Shown here: positions 57,555 to 64,000 of the stretch, in pieces
How positions within the stretch are numbered: the stretch's first letter is position 1
How the letters are laid out: each line of letters starts with the position of its first letter
Assembly (NCBI GenBank): GCA_000092065.1
Contig: CP000588.1
Length of the DNA: 64,000 bases
Source: Ostreococcus lucimarinus
Lineage: Eukaryota
Strand: one strand, 5' to 3'
The notes under the pieces: model-generated
Told to the model about the DNA's origin: nothing
What the model saw: only the letters and a program-made list of their open reading frames with translations
Database searches by the model: none
Made by a program: the position numbers and the translations under genes

Positions 57555-57863
57555 TATCGTCCAACGCTCTTCGCTCGCCGCGGCGACGCCCGAGCCCCGA
57601 CTTCGACCTTCCCCGATCCCGCGCGATTCCCTTTCACCGTTTTGTACGCTGTTGTACCGTGTATAGCCGTCATCATGTAGTTTAGAGCAGCACGCACGCT
57701 CACGCTCGCCGGTTCGCCGACGCCCTCGCGCCGCTCTCGGGAAACCCTTTCACCCTTGGACCATCGCGCCTCCTGCCAGCACACGCGCGCGCGCACGACC
57801 GTCCTCGACGCGTCCCGCGCGCACGTGGACACGCGCACATCGTCGACGTCGACCGCGCGCGCG

Positions 57864-60800
57864 ATGCCGCACGCCGTCGGCGCGCCGCGCGGCGCCGCCG
57901 CCGCGATCGGGACGAAAAGGTGGGCGAACGACCATCGACGCGACGTCGCGCGAGCTGGACGCGTTTCGCGCGCCGCGGGACGACGCGCGAGCGCGTCGAA
58001 CTCGGTGACGTCCGTGGACGTGCGCGCGCGCGCGCGCGCTGGGGCGGTGCGACGGAACGGTGGAGACGCGCGCGACGTCGCGGCGGCGGCGGCGAGCGAC
58101 GAAGCGGCGACGGAGCGAGCGGGCGCCGCGGCGCGCGAGGGGGTCGTCGCGAAGGCTGGTAAGAGCACCGTGAACGTCACGAACGCTGGACCGAGCTTGG
58201 AGAGCATTCTGCGATCGAAGAGCGGGTTTACGAAGATTTTGTGCGCGAACCGCGGAGAGATCGCGGTTCGAGTGTTTCGAGCGGGGACCGAGTTGGGGAT
58301 GCAAACCGTGGCGGTGTTCGCCGAAGCCGATCGACAGTCGACGCATAGGTACAAATCCGATGAATCGTACGAGGTCGGTCACGGCAAGGCGCCGGTGGCG
58401 GCGTATTTGGATTACGAATCCATCATTCGCTGCGCCAAGGAGAACGGGGCGCAGGCTATTCATCCGGGCTACGGATTTTTGAGCGAAAACGCCGCCTTTG
58501 CGCGACGATGCGAGGAAGAAGGGATCGTGATGATCGGGCCGAAGTCGCAAACGTTGACGGAGATGGGCGATAAGGTGATCGCCAAGGCGAAAGCGAAGGA
58601 GTGTGGGTTGCCGCTCGTGCCGGGGACTGAAGAGGCGACGGCGGACGTCAACGATGCCTTGGAATTCGCCAAGGAGTTCGGAATGCCAATCATGCTCAAG
58701 GCCGCGATGGGCGGTGGTGGTCGCGGTATGCGTGTTGTCAAGGAGTACTCCGAGCTCGAAGATGCGTTCAAGCGCGCTTCGAGCGAGGCACAGACTGCGT
58801 TCGGCGACGGGAGAATGTTTTTGGAACGTTACGTCGAGGCGCCGCGACACATCGAGGTGCAAATTCTAGCCGACAACTACGGTAACGTCGTTCACTTGGG
58901 CGAGCGCGATTGTTCCGTGCAACGTCGTCACCAAAAAGTTGTCGAGTTGGCGCCCGCGCCCAACCTTGACCCAGTGCTTCGCCAAAGATTATTTGACGAC
59001 GCCGTGGCGCTCGCCAAGCATGTCAACTATCGCAACGCCGGCACGGTGGAGTTCATGGTTGATAAGCAAGGGCGTCACTATTTTTTGGAAGTGAACCCGC
59101 GCATCCAAGTAGAACACACTGTGACGGAAGAAGTCACTGGGATCGATTTGGTGCAATCGCAGATATTGATCGCAGGTGGTCAAAAGTTGTCCGACATCGG
59201 TATCAAGTCCCAAGACGACATTCAGCTTCGCGGCTTCGCGATGCAGTGCAGAATCACCACCGAAGACCCGTCCATGAACTTCTCTCCGGATTTCGGCAAA
59301 GTTGAGGTCTACCGTCCTCCGGGCGGTATGGGTGTGCGTTTGGATGGTGAAGTCGTGGTCGGTTCGCGAGTGTCACCCAACTACGATTCGCTCCTCGTCA
59401 AGCTCACGTGCTCGGAGAAGAACTTTGAAGCAACCGTGCAAAAGATGTATCGATCGCTCAATGAATTCCGTATTCGCGGCGTGAAGACAAACATTCCGTT
59501 CCTGATGAACGTTTTGTCCAGCGAAACGTTCTTGAGCGCGAACTTTGCCACGGACTTTATCGATAGCACTCCGAGCTTGTTCAAGTTGGACTCGTACATC
59601 GATGACACGCAGAAGCTTCTCAATTACCTCGGTGACGTTGCCGTGAACGGTTCGTCGCACCCTGGTGCGGTCGGTCCCGCGCCGACGTGCGCGGAACCGC
59701 CAGTTCCCGAACCGAAGAAGTCTTTAGCGCAGCTCAAGGACACCGGGTTCAAGGCTATTTTGGACAAGGAGGGTCCGGCGGCGTTCGCCAAAGCGGTTCG
59801 CCAGCACAAGGGCTTGCTCATCATGGATACGACGTGGCGGGACGCGCACCAGTCGCTCTTGGCGACGCGCGTGCGGACGCACGACCTTCGTCGTTCGGCA
59901 CCACTCACGCGAAGCGCCCTCAGTGGCGCGTATTCGCTTGAGATGTGGGGTGGCGCCACCTTCGACGTCGCGCTTCGATTCTTGCAAGAGGATCCGTGGA
60001 GGCGACTCGAGCTTCTTCGTGAGCAAGTGCCAAACATCCCATTTCAAATGCTTCTTCGCGGCGCCAACGCGGTCGGTTATACTTCGTACGCGGACAACGT
60101 CGTGCAAAGCTTCGTGCACCAAGCGCGCAAGTCTGGTATCGATGTTTTCCGCGTTTTTGACTCGCTCAACTACGAAGATAACCTCATGTTTGGCATCGAC
60201 GCCGTGCGCAACGCCGACGGCGTCGTTGAAGCGACAATTTGCTACACTGGTGACGTGAGCGATCCGAAGAAGACTAAATATACGCTGGACTATTATGTCG
60301 ACCTCACGACCAAGCTCGTTGAGCACGGTATTGATGTGCTCGCCGTGAAGGACATGGCTGGTTTGTTGAAGCCGCGCGCCGCGACGATGTTGATCTCCGC
60401 CATTCGCGCCAAGTTTCCCGACTTGCCCATCCATGTGCACACCCACGACACCGCTTCAACGGGCGTGGCTTCCATGCTCGCTGCTGCCGCGGCAGGTGCG
60501 GATGTTGTCGATGTGTGCATGGACGCCATGGCTGGCACGACGTCCCAACCCGCCATCGGCGCCGTGATCAACTCAGTCGCGGGCACCGAGCTCGACACCG
60601 GATTGGATATCGATGAAGTGCTCAAGCTCAACTTGTTCTGGGAACAAACGAGAGGTCTGTACTCTCCGTACGAGAGCGGTATTAAAAGCGGAAGCTCAGA
60701 TGTGTACATTCACGAGATGCCCGGTGGTCAATACACCAACTTGAAGTTCCAAGCGTACGCCAACGGACTCGGAAGCGAATGGGATCGCATCAAGGATTCG

Positions 60801-61697
60801 TACGCGACGGCGAATAAGATCTTGGGTGACATCGTGAAGGTGACGCCGTCTTCCAAGGTCGTCGGTGATTTCGCGCAATTTCTCGTCGCGAACAACCTGG
60901 ATGAGCACTCCGTGGTGGAAAAAGCTGACACGTTGTCCTTCCCGACTTCCGTCGTCGAGTACTTCCAAGGATACCTGGGCCAACCCGTCGGTGGCTTCCC
61001 CGAACCGCTTCGCTCGCGAGTGGTGAAGAACAAGGAAATCATCGCCGGTCGTCCTGGGGCGTCGCTTCCCAGCATGGACATCAACAAGTTACAAAACGAG
61101 CTGTCCATCAAGCACACCGGCCGTCGATCGATCACGCACAAGGATGCGCTCGCGGCGGCTTTGTACCCGAAGGTGTTCGACGAGTACGTCGTGAAGCGCG
61201 ACACCGTCGGGCCGGTCGGTTTGCTCCCGACCAAGGCGTTCTTGAAGGGATTGGACATCGATGAAGAGATCGAAGTCACCACCGATCGCGGTGTGAGCAC
61301 GAACATCAAGCTTAAGGCTGTCGGTGAGCTGTTGCCAAGCGGCAACCGCGAAGTGTTCTTTGAAGTCAACGCGATTCCGCGCGTCGTCGAGATCCACGAC
61401 AGAAAGATTCTCGAGAGCGCCTCCAAGGGCGGCGGCGGCGCAGTCGCTCGCGAGAAGAGCGATCCACTCGACCCGGGCTCGGTCGGCGCCCCGATGTCAG
61501 GGTCCGTCGTCGAAGTCCTCGTCGCTCCCGGTCAAAAGATTAAAGCGGGCGAGCCCATCGTCGTGTTGAGCGCGATGAAGATGGAAACGACCGTCGCTTC
61601 TCCCGTCGCCGGCACCCTCAAGCACGTCGGCGTCGTCAAAGGCGACACGTGCGCCGCCGGCGATTTAATGTGCGCCATCGACGTCGACGCCGCGTAA
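57864..61697 (+). CDS. PC: pyruvate carboxylase (biotin carboxylase, carboxyltransferase and biotinyl domains)
   Basis: The biotin-carboxylase ATP-grasp region is ...FTKILCANRGEIAVRVFRA...EVNPRIQVEHTVTEE.... The carboxyltransferase TIM barrel is ...IMDTTWRDAHQSLLATRVRT...VHTHDTASTGVA.... The C-terminal biotinyl domain has ...VVLSAMKMETTVASPVAGT.... The track ORF starts at a TTG (57756). The first ATG, at 57864, is used here, and a presequence follows. Confidence 0.95.
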   Translation: MPHAVGAPRGAAAAIGTKRWANDHRRDVARAGRVSRAAGRRASASNSVTSVDVRARARAGAVRRNGGDARDVAAAAASDEAATERAGAAAREGVVAKAGKSTVNVTNAGPSLESILRSKSGFTKILCANRGEIAVRVFRAGTELGMQTVAVFAEADRQSTHRYKSDESYEVGHGKAPVAAYLDYESIIRCAKENGAQAIHPGYGFLSENAAFARRCEEEGIVMIGPKSQTLTEMGDKVIAKAKAKECGLPLVPGTEEATADVNDALEFAKEFGMPIMLKAAMGGGGRGMRVVKEYSELEDAFKRASSEAQTAFGDGRMFLERYVEAPRHIEVQILADNYGNVVHLGERDCSVQRRHQKVVELAPAPNLDPVLRQRLFDDAVALAKHVNYRNAGTVEFMVDKQGRHYFLEVNPRIQVEHTVTEEVTGIDLVQSQILIAGGQKLSDIGIKSQDDIQLRGFAMQCRITTEDPSMNFSPDFGKVEVYRPPGGMGVRLDGEVVVGSRVSPNYDSLLVKLTCSEKNFEATVQKMYRSLNEFRIRGVKTNIPFLMNVLSSETFLSANFATDFIDSTPSLFKLDSYIDDTQKLLNYLGDVAVNGSSHPGAVGPAPTCAEPPVPEPKKSLAQLKDTGFKAILDKEGPAAFAKAVRQHKGLLIMDTTWRDAHQSLLATRVRTHDLRRSAPLTRSALSGAYSLEMWGGATFDVALRFLQEDPWRRLELLREQVPNIPFQMLLRGANAVGYTSYADNVVQSFVHQARKSGIDVFRVFDSLNYEDNLMFGIDAVRNADGVVEATICYTGDVSDPKKTKYTLDYYVDLTTKLVEHGIDVLAVKDMAGLLKPRAATMLISAIRAKFPDLPIHVHTHDTASTGVASMLAAAAAGADVVDVCMDAMAGTTSQPAIGAVINSVAGTELDTGLDIDEVLKLNLFWEQTRGLYSPYESGIKSGSSDVYIHEMPGGQYTNLKFQAYANGLGSEWDRIKDSYATANKILGDIVKVTPSSKVVGDFAQFLVANNLDEHSVVEKADTLSFPTSVVEYFQGYLGQPVGGFPEPLRSRVVKNKEIIAGRPGASLPSMDINKLQNELSIKHTGRRSITHKDALAAALYPKVFDEYVVKRDTVGPVGLLPTKAFLKGLDIDEEIEVTTDRGVSTNIKLKAVGELLPSGNREVFFEVNAIPRVVEIHDRKILESASKGGGGAVAREKSDPLDPGSVGAPMSGSVVEVLVAPGQKIKAGEPIVVLSAMKMETTVASPVAGTLKHVGVVKGDTCAAGDLMCAIDVDAA

Positions 61698-61773
61698 CGA
61701 CCCAACACAAATCACGCCACCGCAAACGTAATAGCCCATACATCGTTGAAAACGGCCACACCGAAACTTCAGA

Positions 61774-62654
61774 ATGCGTCGCGCGTCTCTCGCGTGCGCG
61801 CATCTCGCTCGACTTCGCGCCGCACACGCGCGAAGCGCGTCCGTCGTCTTCGGAGCGTCGTCGTCATCCGAGACGCCGTCGAGCGCGCGCGCCGCGCGCG
61901 CGAATTCATCCGCCGCCATGCCCGAAGCCGACGCGACAAAAACGACGAACGACGGCGATCTGGACGCGCGCGCGACGGCGGCGCACGCGGCATCGACGTC
62001 TGCGACGCTCCCGCGCGAGTTTCGATTCCGTGCGGTGAACGACGACGCGGACGAACCACCGCACGAAGCGCGCCGCGCGCCCCCGGGGGCGACGGCGAAG
62101 GCGAGAGGGTTTGCGTTCTTCGAGGCGCTCGGGAATCCCCGATACCACGTCGCGCCCATGGTCGATCAGAGCGAACTCGCGTTTCGAGAGTTGTGTAAAC
62201 GATACGGGGCGACGCTGGGATACACGCCGATGATACACGCTCGTTTGTTCGTGGAGTCTCCAAAGTATCGACGGGAGATTTTTAGCACGTCGACGCGCGA
62301 CAGGCCGTTGTTGGCACAGTTTTGCGCGAACGATCCCGAGATATTGCTTCGCGCGGCGACCATGATCGCACCGTATTGCGATGGGGTTGATATTAATTTT
62401 GGATGTCCGCAAAGAATCGCGAAAAGAGGGAACTATGGGGCGTTTTTGATGGACGATTGGAAGACGGTGGAGGCGTTGATTCGTAAACTCGATGAAGAGT
62501 TGCCCGTGCCCGTCACGGCGAAGATTCGCGTGTACGATGACTTAGAGACAACGTTGAAGTACGCCAAGATGGTTGAAGCTGCCGGGGCACAGATTGTTGC
62601 CGTGCACGGACGAACGCGCGAGCAGAAGCGATGCGCTGACATTCGAGCGAATTG
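61774..62654 (+). CDS. DUS1: tRNA-dihydrouridine synthase (Dus1-like), exon 1
   Basis: ATG start. ...PRYHVAPMVDQSELAFRELCKRYGATLGYTPMIHARLF...LLAQFCANDPEILLRAATMIAPYCDGVDINFGCPQRIAKRGNYGAFLMDDW...VPVTAKIRVYDDLETTLKYAKMVEAAGAQIVAVHGRTREQK... carries the Dus signature CPQ...G.G.....W....K.R.... The exon ends ...AAT TG|GTAAGT (the donor shares the G of the Trp codon). Confidence 0.85.
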
Positions 62655-62906
62655 GTAAGTCATTCGGTGCAAATGCACCGCTTACGTGATTTTTCTTTCC
62701 ACTCGCGATTCTCACGACTTGGCGGTTCCGGTGACGACAAAACATAAAAATACACCATAGATCTGTTCCGAACAAATCTTGACGACAAAAACATGCACCA
62801 CTAACTGAGGAACCGCCGCGAGTATCGTGACTTTTTTACGTGGCGACAACGTCCGCGAATCGCGCGACGCCGATATTGACCGAATGTTTTCCTTCTTCCT
62901 TCGCAG
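62655..62906 (+). other. spliceosomal intron of the Dus gene (GTAAGT...CGCAG, phase 2)
   Basis: An in-frame stop follows immediately after the Trp codon. A GTAAGT donor, a pyrimidine-rich tract plus CAG acceptor, and restoration of the conserved Dus alignment across the junction all support the intron. Confidence 0.75.
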
Positions 62907-63510
62907 GGCGTATATCAGGGCCATCAAAGACGCACTGAAAGTTCCAGTACTCGCTAACGGCGACATACGCTCGCTTGCCGAAGCACGCGCATGTCTTGAG
63001 GCTACAGGCGCGGATGGCGTCTTGAGCGCCGAACCCCTCTTGAGCAATCCGGCGCTCTTTAGCGACCCCCCGTTTTACGCTGCGCCGACGGACGGATACG
63101 CCCCGATCCCGCTCGATGGCGTCGCGGCGGTTGATTTGATGATTGAGTATTTCGACATCTGCAAGTCGTACACGACGTCATTTAGTTACATTCGTGGCCA
63201 CGTGTGGAAACTCGTCGGTCACTGGATGAGCGAGTTTACTGATTTGCGCGACGAATTCGTCGCCATCAAGTCGCCAGACATGGACACCCTCATCGCCTGG
63301 GGCATGAAGATGCGAACTAGAATCGAAGAGTTGGAGCGCACGACCGGACGGCGTCGCCCGATCCCGGTGAAAACTGAACGCGCGCTCGCGCGCGAAGCCG
63401 CGGAGGCGGCCAAGCAAGCCGCGATTGAGGAATCGCAGCGCGAGGAGGACGCTTTGCGAGGTACGTTGAGCGATGTCGACCGCATAGAAGTGACGCGACG
63501 CAACGCGTAA
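62907..63510 (+). CDS. DUS1: tRNA-dihydrouridine synthase (Dus1-like), exon 2
   Basis: The acceptor ...cttccttcgcag|G is near 62906. The junction reads ...ADIRANW|AYIRAIKDALKVPVLANGDIRSLAEARACLEATGADGVLSAEPLLSNPALF, matching human DUS1L ...[24 protein letters not shown]...GVMSAEGNLHNPALF. The intron is about 252 nt, lower in GC, and runs GT..AG. Confidence 0.8.
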
Positions 63511-64000
63511 ACGGCAGATGAGGATAAACAACAGATAGGGACATCTTACGCGCGAGAATGATGCGAAGTCTGGTCACCTCGATGGAGACATCGACGGTCC
63601 GCCGATGCCGAATTGAATGAGATCGCGATGGGGACTCGCATCGAGAAGGATGAAACGACACTGACCGACGCGTCGCACTTCGCGCTCGCAGAGATAAACA
63701 CCGGCCACGAATTAGCCGTCGATCTCCCCGCGGACGCGAATAAGCGCCAAAAAGTTGCCGATCTCGCGTGACGCGCGGGTCGCGAATGTAACAATGACTC
63801 ACCGTATTGAACAAAACTCGCGCGCCGCACATCGCACCTCGCCATGTCGAACGCCGACCCCACCACTGCCCATCAACCACCCAGTAAACTACCAAGAGTA
63901 AACACCGCGTGTTACCATCAAAGAGCTCATTTTTGTTGCTTCATCTCCGTCATCGCGCTTCTTTTGCTGTTTGTTTGCCTCGCTGTGTGTGTGTTTAGCC

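Noticed and set aside
56633-58354. Upper 570 codons of the 710-aa minus-strand ORF
   Set aside because: It is antisense to the hotdog-fold gene and to the pyruvate carboxylase 5' region, and is Arg/Ala/Ser-rich with no motifs. Only the terminal 136 codons (BSD2-like) are credible.
63317-63895. Minus-strand ORFs at the 3' end of the Dus gene (63317..63895, 63546..63866)
   Set aside because: They overlap the Dus exon 2 antisense or lie in its 3' UTR. Their composition is Arg/Ser-rich. A possible plus-strand gene start (ATG near 63845, MSNADPTTAHQPPSKLP...) runs off the window and cannot be assessed.
1-64000. Operon-style or prokaryotic genomic-island interpretation of the tight gene packing
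   Set aside because: Genes alternate strands. Several have GT..AG introns. The products are eukaryote-specific (kinesin, GCP, 14-3-3, UTP10, DEK, Pol alpha). The 3' ends carry TGTAA signals. This is a compact eukaryotic genome, not a bacterial one.
1-64000. tRNA / rRNA / snoRNA genes
   Set aside because: Scanning by eye for T-loop (GGTTCGAATCC-like) and anticodon-stem patterns and for rDNA-like conserved blocks found nothing convincing. tRNAscan-SE or Infernal is needed to exclude small RNAs, especially in the AT-richer spacers (19090..19200, 34680..34885, 39300..39490).

Overview
This window is a gene-dense, very GC-rich (about 65-70% by eye) eukaryotic nuclear segment, not a prokaryotic one. 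I call about 33 protein-coding genes on alternating strands with short (100-400 bp) intergenic gaps. Only a few short spliceosomal introns are evident, two of which interrupt the UTP10-type HEAT-repeat gene. Most 3' ends carry a TGTAA motif, and several protein families are plant or green-algal specific (alpha-glucan water dikinase, NADP-malate dehydrogenase with a C-terminal regulatory Cys pair, a BSD2-type zinc finger, plastid-type L-aspartate oxidase). Together these point to a prasinophyte or Mamiellophyceae-type green alga (Micromonas-like). That lineage call is an inference I could not confirm by search. Confidently recognised genes include PIMT (partial), DNA polymerase alpha catalytic subunit, a Spinster-like MFS transporter, a 14-3-3 protein, PTRHD1, an ABC1/ADCK kinase and a gamma-tubulin complex protein. 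Others are a large UTP10/HEATR1 gene rebuilt from three ORFs, a protein kinase (two exons), GWD, a cytochrome b5-acyl-CoA dehydrogenase fusion, an ABC-F protein and L-aspartate oxidase. The remaining set comprises a RIC1-like protein, a DEK-like protein, a kinesin, PCID2/Thp1, NADP-MDH, a glycine/sarcosine-type N-methyltransferase, pyruvate carboxylase and a tRNA-dihydrouridine synthase (two exons). The ORF track translates TTG/GTG starts as M and, because of the GC bias, produces many long spurious antisense and Arg/Ala-rich ORFs. Several real genes (a BSD2-like Zn-finger protein, a chloroplast-type membrane protein, a hotdog-fold protein) sit inside such ORFs and were re-delimited to in-frame ATG codons. 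Non-coding structure includes a tandem repeat of about 145 bp (2.3 copies) between PCID2 and MDH, and a 22-bp perfect palindrome with E2F-like sites upstream of POLA1. Coding trinucleotide microsatellites give poly-Glu, poly-Asp and poly-Thr runs. I found no rRNA, tRNA, CRISPR array or recognisable transposon by eye. Coordinates I derived myself, rather than taking them from the ORF track, may be off by a few nucleotides.
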